From contig OZ360223.1 in NCBI GenBank assembly GCA_977017645.1, forward strand, positions 150,598,001 through 150,662,000: a DNA stretch of 64,000 bases. The letters are read 5' to 3'. The position numbers and the translations under genes are program-made. The notes under the pieces were generated by a model, which searched no databases, was not told the DNA's origin, and worked only from the letters and a program-made list of their open reading frames with translations. Shown in pieces: positions 52,001-64,000 of this stretch; positions within the stretch are counted from its first letter, which is position 1, and each line of letters begins with the position of its first letter. The stretch is from Torpedo marmorata. Its lineage: Eukaryota.

Positions 52001-53127
52001 TTTTAAGCTAAGCTCGTCATGTGCACTCATTTTCTTTACTTTTCCACAGTAAATTATTTCCACTGTGACATCTCCCTGATTAGTTTAGATCATACTGACC
52101 AAACTAGGATATAAAATTGGCACAAATCATTTCTTTCCAATTTTAGATAAGCATTGCACTGCCTTGTCAACTAAATCTGCTTTTCCAGTTGTACTTAAAA
52201 TTACATGCTGGAGAAAGTTCAATCATCCCATTTACCAAATAGCTCCAGTTAAATGAAAGTACCTATACAAATTTCACTGGGTTATTTTGAGTTATTCTGC
52301 CTGCAGTGAATCTGAGGCTATCCATTTTATTTTGCACCATACCATTTTTCACTACTCTTTCAACTTTAAGGTCACGAGAAGAGGAGCAGGCAATTCAGCC
52401 CTCGTCTGATTCACCATCCAATTAGAATACAAGAGAACTGTGCCTCAGTTCCATCTTGTTGCATGAATTTTGTATTCTTAGATAATTCTACCCACAAAGT
52501 TCAATTGATCTCATCATAAGCCCCACTACAGCCTTAAAGACAATTCCAGCTTTCCACTACTAAATCTTGATTAAGGAAACCTCAAGCACACCACAGCTGG
52601 TGAATTGCAGCACAAAATGGAGGAAATAGTAGGGTAAAATCAGAGGAGGTGCAATGGAGTTGTTCGCTTGTGTTGGACAGAATACTTGTTATTGTCCATT
52701 CTACATAAATACAACTCTGATAATGCAGCTGTTCTTCAGCACTGCACCACATGTCACCTTTGATTTGAAGACTCGACTCCATAAAATGTAGAATCCAGCC
52801 TGCTCCCAACTTATTTCGTCAAGTCGTCATTAAGGGACTTTTAGCTGCTGAGGCAGTGTGGAAAATGTCTTCAGTCTGAAAAAAAATTCCATCCATCTTA
52901 CTCTATCACCAGGCACTCACTCACTTTATGGAAGCTGTTGATTCTTATATGAAAATTTCAAACATTCTGCGCAAGTTGCAGAATGGCCGTGATCTGTGTA
53001 TCGTGAGTCTTGCCTCCAAGCCGAAGCTGAGTTGCACTACCCAGCCTTGAAAGGACACCATGTTCAGGAGATGCCCAATGCGTCGTGACCAAAACTGAAG
53101 CATTACAATGGCTGCCCTTTAATAAAC

Positions 53128-53714
53128 CAGACAATCCGGGGAAGCGGAGGACTGGAGCAGGGCACCAGAGGACGGGAAGATCACCCCCCCCCCCCCGTCT
53201 GAAAAGGAGAAGCGGAGGGGACGACCCACGGGATGATGACCATGGCGGCGGACCGCTAAGGGGCTCTGAGGCTGAAGGACCAGTGCATGCGGCGGGCTGC
53301 TGGCTACTCGAGGCGAGGAACCTGCGGAGGCTGTGGGCTGCTGTCGGGGGACTCACGCCGGGCTGCGGACTGCCGGAGGCTGGCTCGAACTGGCCGGAGG
53401 AGTACCAGGTATCGGAACCGGGATGCGAGGGGGTGCTGAGGGCGCCCTGACCGTGTTGGAGGTTCGGATCTGGAGCTCGGGTTGCCATGGTTTGGACTGG
53501 ACTCTGTGTGGCTGCGGAAGCGATGGAGGCGAATTTACAGACACTCGGTGGCTCTGGGGGGGGGGACTCTCTTTTGCTTCTCTTTCTAAGGAATGTTAGA
53601 GGCGCTTAGACAATTTCTGACGGTGGCGAATCTGTCTGCCTTGCAGCAGGCAAAAAGAAATTTCATGGAATATGACACTGTCTTACTACTATGACAATAA
53701 ATTGAATCTTGAAT
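53128..53714 (+). mobile_element. 5'-truncated copy of the GC-rich non-autonomous retroelement
   Basis: Colinear with the reverse complement of 48810-48547 plus 47130-46839. Ends tgacaataaattgaatcttgaat. Confidence 0.88.
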
Positions 53715-54599
53715 GAGCAATGCATAAAATATTTAGTACTTGCTGAACGCAATAATATTCAGCTTTCTCTGCTGTCGTATATGGATAGCCCCAAGTCCCA
53801 CAGACATTAGATCATCGCCACTTTACAGTAGATTCATTGTCCTTTTTAGTTTTGTTTGCTTACTTAAAAATGTTCTCGGTGGAATAATGAAACTTTAGTT
53901 GGAGCACTAACCTGCTTTGCTGATTTAGTGTTTTTGCATTGAATGGAACTCTCTGTTAAATGGGCAATTTTGATTTAGTTGTAACGATCATTCTGCATTA
54001 CAAGAACCGAAAGACAAAAGAGTAGTTGAGTATTAAATTTTCAATCTTAACAAATTATATAATTTAATTAATGTAACTTTTGCTGACCTTCAGGTATTGA
54101 AACTCCAGTTGTGCAGATACTGTTGTTACAGAAGTACTCTTTTTAAAGAGTGTACATTCTGTATAAAGTCAAATTGCTCTTCCAGTAATACCACTTGCTT
54201 CTTTGTGTAAATGCTTCTTAGTTCAAGACCTTTTTGAGAATGGCTGTGGAATTAAACCACTTAAAACCTGAGTTGAATCCTGATGTTATCATATCACATT
54301 TATTAGAAGTAATGTTGGTAATTACTATACACTGAACAGAGGCTTTTTTTCTGGCAACCTTACAAGCATGCCTGTAATTTAATCATGTAATTGTGAGACA
54401 ATGATAGATGCCAATAGGCTGCCCTCTGCTCAGTAAGTACTTGCTGAAAATATATTCTAAAGTAATTTATTTGCTATTAAAATGTGCAGTTGCAATGTTC
54501 CATGTGAATTGCTTTCTAAATCTTTGGAGCAAGTTACAGTACTGTTTAAAATTTTGCTCCAACTGTTAAAATATCTAATCATCATAAAACCTGTACTTG

Positions 54600-55120
54600 C
54601 AGGTAGGGAGTTGCTATATTTTGACCCAGCAATGACAAACGAATGGTGAGATGACTCCAAGTGAAAATCATTTGTGATTTAAAGATAAAGGTGCAGGTGC
54701 TGCAGTTCCTATAAATACACTGCCTTGGTTGTCTTGATGGTAGATAGAGTTCCAGATTTCAGAGGTGCTATTGGAAGAGCTTAGACAACTAACTGCAGTG
54801 TATCTTGGAGATGCCATACCGGTGGTAGATGTACCAACTAACTGGGGTGCTTTGTCCTGGATGGTGTCGAGGCTCATCCAGATAGGCAGAGTATATTCCT
54901 TCTTACTCCTATATTTGCCTTTTAGATGATGACCTGACTTAAGGGTGTCACCAAATTAGTCATTTTCCTGCAGGACATGTAACTTCCGATCAACTCTTGA
55001 GCCACAGTATTTGTGTGATGGGTCCAGTTGAGTTTCAGGTTAATGGTAACTCCAAGAATGCTCATGTCTTTGCATGCCACCATTGAGGGTAGACTCTCTC
55101 TTGTTGGAGATGGTCATTCC
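54600..55120 (-). mobile_element. Old CR1 LINE fragment (target of the Gypsy insertion, continues at 59532-59620)
   Basis: gtccagttgagtttcagg..ctctcttgttggagatggtcatt|..tgtggc..gttactt resembles the reverse shark CR1 RT region on both sides of the LTR element. Confidence 0.6.
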
Positions 55121-55302
55121 TGTAATGATAGATTGCTAGTGATACTCCTGACTACAAGAGGGAGTCAGAGACGAATGTTGCAGTTCGGGTTATTTTCAAG
55201 ATGTACAGAACATGGCTGCACCACAGAGTCATGAGTTGTAAATAAAGTACTGTTGATACCAAAAGAACCCAAGTTTCTTTATTGCTTAAAAGAAACATCA
55301 CA
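55121..55302 (+). repeat. 5' LTR
   Basis: Direct repeat of 59350-59531; contains aataaa. Confidence 0.97.
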
Positions 55303-55350
55303 TGGTATCAGGAGTGTGCATGGTACCAGGAGTGTGTTATCAGCAGAGAA

Positions 55351-58300
55351 ATGGAAAGTATGAAGGCTCCTGATGCTGTGAATTGGACTGGGAACGTCGA
55401 CTACGAATGGCAGTTGTTCAAACAACAGTTCACACTGTATCTGCAAGCCATTGGACTTGATAGCAAACCGGATGCATGGAAGATTGCACTGCTACTTACC
55501 GTGGTGGGACCTCAAGCACTAGAGGTTTTCAACACGTTCGTTTTTTTTCGAGGCAGGAGACCGGGGCAAGTTCGACAAAGTTGTCGAGATGTTTGATGAA
55601 CACTGTTCACCAAAGAAAAATGAAACGTTCGAGAGGTTCGTGTTTCACATGTGCACGCAGCTGCAGGCATAGAACTTCGATACTTTCTTAACGGACTTAA
55701 AACTATAAGCAAGAACATGCAATTTTGGATCGCTGCAAGATTCAATCATCCATGATCAAATTGTGTTCGAAATTAGTGATAAGAAATGAGAGAGAGGTTG
55801 CTATGAGAGACAGAGCTGACTTTAGCTGGAGCTGTGAAGATATGCCACGCCAGTGAATTAGCTCTGCAGCACACAAAAAAGTTCGGAGAATGTGCAAAAC
55901 CTGGTGAAAACGAAGAAATAGCCGTCACCACAGTGTCTGGACACACACATAAACAGAGAACGAGACATGGGAAACAACAAAAGATGGAGAGACATTCAAT
56001 TGCAAACGATGTGGCACTCAACATGCACCAAAACAATGCCCAGCCTATGGAAAAGTCTGTAATATGTGCAAAGGGCAGAATCACTATGCAAAGCAATGTT
56101 TTTTCAAAGGGAAACAAAACAGAAATGAAAGTGTGCACACTATAAAACACACTATAGAAGGAACTGCTCTCAGCGATGCACTCTTCGTTGGCATGGTAGT
56201 GCAGGACGACTTTAAACCAACAGACACTGAACAGCCAAGCGTGAACAGAGTTGAGCAGGACAAGTGGACTGTGTCATTGCATACAAATGGAGCAAATATT
56301 CCTTTCAAGCTGGACACAGGAGCAAAGGTCAAATTGATATGTGAGCACGACATCAGGGCAATGAAGATAAAGCCATACATCCATGCAAATCCTGTACTGC
56401 TCAAAGCCTACAATGGACAGAGCATCGACACGAAAGGTACAAGGAAACTCAAGGTGAAAGTTAAAGATAAAGAGCACCACCTCAAGTTCGCAGTAGTCCC
56501 AGATGGACATGAATCACTGCTTGGTGACAAAGCATGTGAAAACTGAAGCCCAGTCAAGAGGGTGTACCACATTAACAGCGCCAATGCAAGGAACAGTGTA
56601 GAGGAAATACTGGATCAATTTCCAGACATCTTCAAGGGGTTTGGAGTTCTACCATTCACCTTTAAGATACAGTTAAAGGAGGACGCACAGCCAGTAGTGC
56701 ATGCTCCGAGGTGGATTCCAGCGCCACTAAAAGAAAAGCTCAAGCAGGAACTCAACTGAATGACATCACTAGGGGTCATAAAGAAAGTGGAGAATTCCAC
56801 AGAATGGGGGAATTCAATGGTGTGTGTCAAAAAGAACGGTGACCTACGCGTGTGCATGGACCCAAAAGACTTGAATGCCAATATAACGAGGGAACATTAT
56901 CAGATTCCGACCAGGGATGAAATTACAAGTGAGATGGCCGGTGCAAAATTTTTCACTAAATTGGATGCATCCCAGGGCTTCTGGCAAATAAAACAGCATG
57001 AAGATAGCACAAAATAGTGTACATTTAATACACCGTTTGGCCGATACTCCTGTCTGAGGATGCCTTTTGGAATTTCCTCAGCTCTGGAAGTGTTCCACAG
57101 GACAATGGAGCACATCATAGAAGGCATACATGGGGTATGTGTGTACTTGGATGACATGATCCTACAGGGATCCACACAAGAACAACACAACGAGAGGCTC
57201 ATCAAAGTGCTACAACGCATCCAGAAGTATGGATTAAAGTTAAACAGAGAAAAATGTCAGTTTGGTGTGCAGGAAATCACCTTTCTGGGAGATAAACTAT
57301 CAGAGGCAGGTGTGGAGCCAGACAAGAGCAAGGTGAAAGCAATTCTAGAGATGCCCAGACCCACTAACAAAAAAGGCATATTGAGAGTGCTGGGAATGAT
57401 CAATTTCATTGGTAAATTCATTCCAAACCTGTCTTCCAAAACAATGTACCTGAGGAAGTTGTTACATGACAAATTTGAATTCAAGTGGACAGCCAACCAC
57501 GAGGAAGAACGGGGACGATTGAAGACCATTCTAACTACAGAACCAGTGCTTTTGACGTTCTTTGACTCATCCAAAAGGATGAAAATATCTACGGACGCTT
57601 CAAAAGATAGAATAGGCGCCATACTACTTCAGGCTGTGGGAGAAGATTGGAGGCCAGTAGCATACACATCAAGACGATGACAACATCTGAATGTCGATAT
57701 GCGCAGATAGAGAAAGAGTGTCTAGATATGGTCTATGGACTCGAGAAATTCCACAGCTATGTGTATGGTCTACCAACATTCATGGCGGAGACAGACCACA
57801 AGCCATTAATAGCCATAATCAAGAAAACTATTTGTGAAATGTCACCGCGAATCTAAAGACTGATGATGAAGCTACAACGTTATGACTTTGATTTGGTGTA
57901 CACACCAGGGAAACTTAGTGTTAGCTGATGCGTTATCCAGGGCAATGACACAGTGAAGCACACAATGAGAGTTCCAGAGACAGATGTGAATCTCCACCTG
58001 AACCTGATCACTGAATCTCTTCCTGTATCTGACATGAAATCCAAGCAGATCACAGCTGAAACAGAAAAGGACACAATTCTACAGAAGGTCATCAAAAATC
58101 TAAATGAAGGATGGCCTAGAAGTGAATGTCAGCCATACTACAACATCAGAGCTGAGCGTTGTCAATGGGCTTCTACTCAGACAGAGCAGAATTATCATTC
58201 CTCAATCACTGCGACAAGAGATGCTGAAAAGGGTGCATGAGGGGCACCTTGGAATGGAAAAATGCAAGAGGAGGGCCAGAACTGTTGTTTATTGGCCAGG

Positions 58301-59250
58301 GATAAATGCTGACATTGACAGAATGGTTTCAAGCTGTGAGACCTGTTTGAAACATCACGCAAAGCAGGCAAACGAACCCATGATCATAATTGACTTACCA
58401 GTGGAACCATGGCAGAAAGTTGGGACTGATCTGTTCCACATGGATGGAAAGAATTACCTGCTGGTTATTGACATCTATCAAACTATCCAGAGATTGTGCT
58501 GCTTCCTAACATGTCTGCTGCTTGTGTGATCAAATATATGAAATCAATTTTTGCAAGACATGGAATTCCTCAAATTGTCTACAGTGACAATGGACCATGC
58601 TACAGCTGTAGAGAATTCCAGAACTTTGCGGAAGAGTATGATTTTCGACATGTGACTTCAAGTCCTCTGCATCCACAGTCAAACGGTAAAGCAGAGAAAG
58701 GAGTTCACATAGTTAAACAGTTGCTCAAGAAAGCACAAGACAGTGACTCAGATCCTTATCTAGCTCTACACTTGAACATGGCATGTCACCCGCTGAGCTC
58801 CTGATGAGACGTAGACTAGGTACAAGACTTCCCTACTCTGCAGACTCAAACAAGAACAGAGATGTCAAATGGAAACAAAAGCGTCTGCAAAGGAGAAAAA
58901 AAAGCAAACTATGACAAGTCAGCAAGAAGCTTAAGGCCACTGGCACAACATGACACAGTGAGACTCAGATTCCAACACATGGGACAAAAAGGCTACTGTT
59001 CTGGAGGAAGTAAATCCAAGATCCTACACTGTCAGAACAGAGGATGGTCAAATACTGAGGAGGAATCGAAAGAGCCTGCTGAAAACGCAAGAGACACTGC
59101 AAGAACAGACAAATGCAGAAGATCCAGCCTGCACAGCAACAGAGGAAACACCACCAGTGCTAGACAGTAGTGGACCAGCAGAGCCGACACAAGCACCTGT
59201 ATTATCAAAGCACCAGACAGGCTGAATCTCAAAGAAAAAGAACTGCACAC
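55351..59250 (+). pseudogene. Gypsy gag-pol, disrupted by several stops and frameshifts
   Basis: Two zinc knuckles CKRCGTQHAPKQC and CNMCKGQNHYAKQC (56001-56099), protease LDTGA, RT MPFGI and YLDD, RNase H TDAS and TDHKPL, integrase HEGH..CETC, SDNG and SNGKAE. Confidence 0.93.
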
Positions 59251-59349
59251 TTAAGTTTGTGCTGCTGATGTTTGTGTTGAACTTTAAATCGAAATGAATA
59301 CTGTATTAGTGTGTCATGTTGTTAGATTAAATATCTTAAGGAAAGGGGA

Positions 59350-59531
59350 TGTAGCGATAGAGTGCTAGTGATATTCCTGACCACTAGAGGGAGTCAGAGA
59401 CGAATGTTGCAGTTCAGGTTAGATTCATGATGTACAGAACATGGCTGCACCACGGAGTTGTGAGTTGTAAATAAAGTACTGTTGATACCAAAAGAACCCA
59501 AGTTTCTTTATTGCTTAAAAGAAACATCACA
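59350..59531 (+). repeat. 3' LTR
   Basis: Direct repeat of 55121-55302, followed by TSD attcc. Confidence 0.97.
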
Positions 59532-59696
59532 ATTCCCATCTCATTTCTGTGGCATGAAAGTTACTTTACCCTATCAGCTTATACCTGAGGATTGTTTAGT
59601 CTTGCTGCATGCAGGTATTTATGCTTCATTTACTGAAGAAATGCAAATAGATTTGAACACTTCACAATCAACAAAGATCCTCACATCCAAGAAATG

Positions 59697-59905
59697 CAAA
59701 CACTGCAAATGCTGGAATCATGAGCAGACAAAGAATTGCTGGAGGAACTCAACAGGTTAGACAGCATCCCAGCATGCATGGCTAGAAATGGTCAGTCAAC
59801 ATTTCTGATCTTTATAAAAGGACCAGACCCGAAAGGTTAACTGAACATTTCTACTCATGAATGCTATCTGACCTGTTGTGTTCCTCCAGCAATTCTTAGT
59901 CTGGT
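59697..59905. mobile_element. Older inverted-arm Penelope-derived element
   Basis: aagaattgctggaggaac and gttcctccagcaattctt are inverted. A degenerate gacccgaaa motif lies near the centre. Confidence 0.75.
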
Positions 59906-61469
59906 CTTGTATCCTTACATTTGACTTTTTAAATGGAACAGTGAAAGCATGACTTAATAAGCAGATTTTAATAAGCAGATAGGATAAACTAAGTCTTATG
60001 ATGGCTCCTTGGCACCATAATCAAAATAATAATGGACATCTGCATGAAGGAAGATTTACACTTCCTTTTACATGCGTTAAATGGTGAGTTTACCACTGGC
60101 ATATGACATTGCAGATCACATTTATTTCCACTGAGAAATGTGGTTAGTTTCTTAACAATACATTTTTATGTTATTGGAATCACTACATTCTGACTGAGTG
60201 GAACTTTGATCAAAAGTTTTCCCCTCTCCTCAATCCAGTCTCCAGAGCTTTCATGCTTATTATTAAGTAGCACTGTCTGAGAAGAAGCATTTTGCATGCC
60301 CTTTATCAACTGGAGACTGCAATTCTTCATAAATGGATCTTTCATTCAAAATAAAGTGTTAACTTGGTGAATTCCTTCTAGATTTTAGCAAGTTCCTTAA
60401 AATAATAACTAATAGCAGCAGTGAGGGAAATATGTAGAAAAGGTTTGACCCCACGATTTATCAAATCCTTGTCAACATGTAAAATCGTGAAACCACATTA
60501 TTAAAGCATATTAGATTAATGTATTCTCTTGTTCCTTTCATCTCATCAGACAAGACAAATAGTTTACCCAAAATTATTTTGACAATATTCACAGCCCAAA
60601 TATTCCATGAGTGAAATTTCTTATTGAATGGTCACACGTGGATAACGCATGTTCTTTGCTTTGTACATCTCAAAGTTCACCACAACAAAGTGAAATAATT
60701 AGAACAGTATTCTCATTATCCCCTATTAAACCCCATTCTAAAATGGTTACATTATATTTAATATTGTACAACGTACTACACTAGCTCTATTGTCTGCAGT
60801 GTGAAAGATCCATATCTTGTGAGCATTGCAGGGTTGAAATAGTTCAGAAAGAGTCAGGAATGAAAGAATGTAAATGCAGTGTCACTGGGTTCAATAGAGT
60901 AATAATGACTTATGATTAGCACTTATTGGACAGACATAAAATTAAAGGTCCCAAATGAATAATACAATGTGACAAATTAAATGACAAATCCAATTGGCAT
61001 TTCCTTTGGTATTCATTCATATCAGGCGACTGAACTTACTAAGTAAAATCATCAGAATGTAGTTCATTGTCTTGAAAGTTATTCAATAGCACAGGTATAC
61101 AAGAAGCCCTCAAAAGGTGAACACACAGGTATGGTGCCCATGATATCACTCAGAGCATTGTTGTAAATACTTTAAAAGGGTACAAAGGTTTGCTCACTGA
61201 CCTGCTTAATAGTTGTGACTTGAAAATAGACAGCTACATCTGCCTTAAAGAATGCAGCAACTTTCGCGGAGACAAAATTGTTTAAACTTTCAATGCTTAA
61301 CAGCTCAGCAATCTTTCGCTTTTCGTATCATTGTGGGAATACCTTACATTTAGAAAGTGCCCTCCACAACCTCAATGCACTTCACAGTATGTTTTGGAAG
61401 CATGGTTACAGTTGCAAGATGGGGAAATGGAGAAGAATTTTCACACTGTTAGATGCCACAAATAACACT

Positions 61470-61645
61470 AATTGATCCCAAGGGATATTGGTTGAAGAAT
61501 AAGTATTCACTATGACACAAGGTATAGCCCCACCACTGTGCTTTCAATCAAGGCATGAGGTTTTCACATCCACTCAACAGGGCAGATGAGATCTTAGTCT
61601 GATGTATCATCTGGAAGAATTCCTCTGAAAATGCAACACTCTCAA
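61470..61645 (-). mobile_element. Old DeuSINE (Deu domain)
   Basis: ttttcacatccactcaacagggcagatg..tcatctggaaga..ctctgaaaatgcaacactc matches the reverse Deu domain. Confidence 0.65.
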
Positions 61646-61682
61646 TGCAGATTGTAACGTCACACAACAGTTGCATCAATGT

Positions 61683-61723
61683 CATACTTTGATGAAGGGC
61701 TCAAGCCCGAAACGTCGGTTATG
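61683..61723 (+). ncRNA. Minimal type I hammerhead ribozyme-like motif
   Basis: CATACT - TTGATGA - A - GGGC TCAA GCCC - GAAA C - GTC - GGTTATG gives stem I, core, stem II and a loopless palindromic stem III. Predicted cleavage is after C61716. Confidence 0.65.
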
Positions 61724-61831
61724 TATTTCTACCTTTGCTACATAAAAGACACTGTTTGACCTGCTGAGTTCTCCAGCTTTTGTGTTTTTTTACTACATTA
61801 TTACGGTGTCTACAGATTTTCGTGTTTACTT
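61683..61831 (+). mobile_element. Penelope-derived short element beginning with a minimal hammerhead motif
   Basis: 13-bp direct repeat gttgcatcaatgt at 61670-61682 and 61832-61844. The body is shared with the copies at 88, 30491 and 45950. Confidence 0.88.
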
Positions 61832-62307
61832 GTTGCATCAATGTTGCTTGACTTGATCTGGCACTATTTATCTGCTATGGTATTTAATGCACGTACAAAG
61901 CTAACTTCTAGCCTGTTAAGAAAATTATTCTTGGATGGACACGATTATCATCTTTGGATAAGTTTTCTTTCATCCTGATAGCTTGCTTTCCCACACCCTA
62001 TAATTTTGAGGACAAAAAGGAACTTGTAAATTTATCCACCTTAGGCTTTCTTAGCAGTTGTAAGGCTGAATAAATGAGAAATTAGTCCAAGATCTATGTC
62101 TGTCACAAGATTTCTCAAAAGCTATAATTGGCAGGGAGTTAAAAATAAATTCATTTTTTGGAAAACTCTGAAAAAGATCACATTCCTCCCCAGCCTGGAA
62201 ACAAGTCAAGTAGTGTGAAGGCACTATGAATTATAACACAATATTGCAGAGGTAAATAAAAGATTTACCTGGTTGATACATTTAAAAAAAAAAAGCATGA
62301 TGAAATT

Positions 62308-62545
62308 GGGGCGGCACAGTTGGCGTAGCGGTTAGCGCAATGTCTTTACAGCACCAGAGATCGGGCCCGGGGCTCTGCAAGGAGTTTGTACATTCTCCCC
62401 GTGTCTGCCTGGGATTTCCCTGGGAGCTCCGGTTTCCTCCCACCGTTCGAAACATACCAGGGGTTGTAGGTTAATTGGGTATAAATTGGGTGGCACGGAC
62501 TCGTGGGCCGAAATGGCCTGTTACCGTGCTGTATGTCTAAAAAAA
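62308..62545 (+). mobile_element. V-SINE
   Basis: tRNA-like head tggcgtagcggtta (A box), V-domain ggagtttgtacattctccccgtgtctgc..ctccggtttcctccca and an A-rich tail. Confidence 0.9.
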
Positions 62546-64000
62546 AATTAAATTTAAATTTAAAAATAAATTTAAAATTTGAAAGATGAGCCAAACTTGG
62601 TCCCCCCTCTCCCAATAAAAAAAACTTTTTTTTTTTTTTTTTTTTAAAAAGGGTTTTAGCCAATAAACTAGCAGATCACCTGTCAGAGTGCATCTCGGAA
62701 GGAAACAGAGCAGATGGTACCATAAAAATGAATATTTGGAGCAAATAAAAAGCAAATGAGGAATTATTGTAAATTGTGTCCAAGTAGTAATAGTGGGATT
62801 AAATTGCAGATTTCATCAGGTGAGGCATTTAAGGTTGCTGCCAAGAAGTACGAATATATAATCTGTCAAACTACAAAATTGCTTTTGATGGGTTGCAGAG
62901 GCAATGAATATCCTAAAACTAACTGCAATTGTTTTGAACCTGGTTATCACTGTTATTTTCCTCTTCCACTGAATAATTTTGTAACAATTTCTAATTGTTA
63001 TTTGGCTTTTTGCCATGCTCTCCCTTCTGAAGAATTATCTTTGTTCATTTCTGACATCGTTCGACACGTCCAACACTTCGCTAACTTTCCGAATCCATTA
63101 AAAGAGCTTTGTGATGACATTTTTTGCTCATTGCTTGCATGCAGCATTGGGAACTTTATAACATCTTGAGGAAAATTAAAATATACATGAACAGGTGCAC
63201 AAAATAAAGAACCAGCCTTGGATTAAAGCTTTATTTTAAGCTGCTCTGAAGAACCCAATCCCTTTTAAAAGACTAAACCGTCACTATCCCAAAGCTGTAT
63301 GCCAAATCTGAATCAATGTTGCTCTAGTTTTCACAATGTCTGGCATTTAAATGAGATGAATAAATCAAACCCTCTCCAGGGTAGAACCAGGAAAGCTGAT
63401 TTTTATCCCAATTTAATCAAAGCAACTAGATTTGGATTAGCTCACACTTGATCTACTTGGGACCAGATTTGCACTCATCCTTGGTACCAAGAATCAGGAA
63501 GATCATTAGTCAATGAATTAACAAACTGAAATTCAAAAGAATGGTGTAATCATCTAACAGACAATTGCCCTATTTAAAGCTACGTCTGCTGAACAATCCT
63601 TTGTTTGTATTATTCCCAAATACACAAAAAACACATTTATTCTCAGCCACAGCCAATCACATTAAGTACCTCCAAAGCCAATAAAGTCAATTTTAATAGT
63701 TTTCACCTATTGTTTAGAAAATTTTAAAAATGGCCCAAAATTATCAGATACTAAATAGCCAGAAATGCCTGACGCAAAGGAGCAAGTTGAACACATTTTG
63801 ATGTTGAAGCACACATTATCTTTGTTTGTGCTCTGTGAACCGTGGAGAAGATTGTGTTCAGAAAATGTTGAAAACTTACTTGGAAATATGAAATTAAGAA
63901 TCAGCAAAGAGAGGAGGTAAAGTGCAGATCAAGATAGGATGAATGATTAGAGCAGCATGTTCCTGCTGAAAAGGCTGTTGGAAGGAAAGTTAATTGAACA

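Larger units (their letters stand above)
55121..59531 (+). mobile_element. Full-length decayed Ty3/Gypsy LTR retrotransposon (Mag-like)
   Basis: 182-bp TG..CA LTRs, 5-bp TSD attcc (55116-55120 and 59532-59536), PBS at 55303, PPT aaggaaagggga at 59338-59349, and gag-PR-RT-RH-INT order. Confidence 0.97.

Noticed and set aside
52958-53599. ORFs of 88-176 aa
   Set aside because: They are GC-driven open frames in the non-coding retroposon, and they differ in extent in the second copy.
62756-63169. 137-aa ORF
   Set aside because: No recognisable family, and the composition fits AT-rich non-coding DNA.

Overview
AT-rich vertebrate genomic DNA, most likely from a cartilaginous fish. That assignment is inferred from HE1-like V-SINEs, SacSINE1/Deu-like SINEs and shark-type CR1 and Penelope-derived repeats. 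I found no intact host protein-coding gene, and nearly all ORFs in the track are noise or transposon-derived. The one clearly functional host feature is a miR-181a/miR-181b cluster on the minus strand (8866-9162), most similar to the a-1/b-1 paralogues, so much of the window is probably its host transcript and regulatory landscape. The rest is a layered transposon record: a full-length decayed Mag-like Gypsy element with both LTRs, TSD, PPT and a duplicated PBS; an L1 nested in another L1, each with a 17-bp TSD; Rex1/Babar LINE pieces; a 5S-rRNA-derived SINE; Tigger, Tc2-like and hAT MITEs; and at least six copies of a short, often palindromic element carrying a minimal hammerhead-ribozyme motif at its boundary. 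All family names come from recalled motifs, not database searches.
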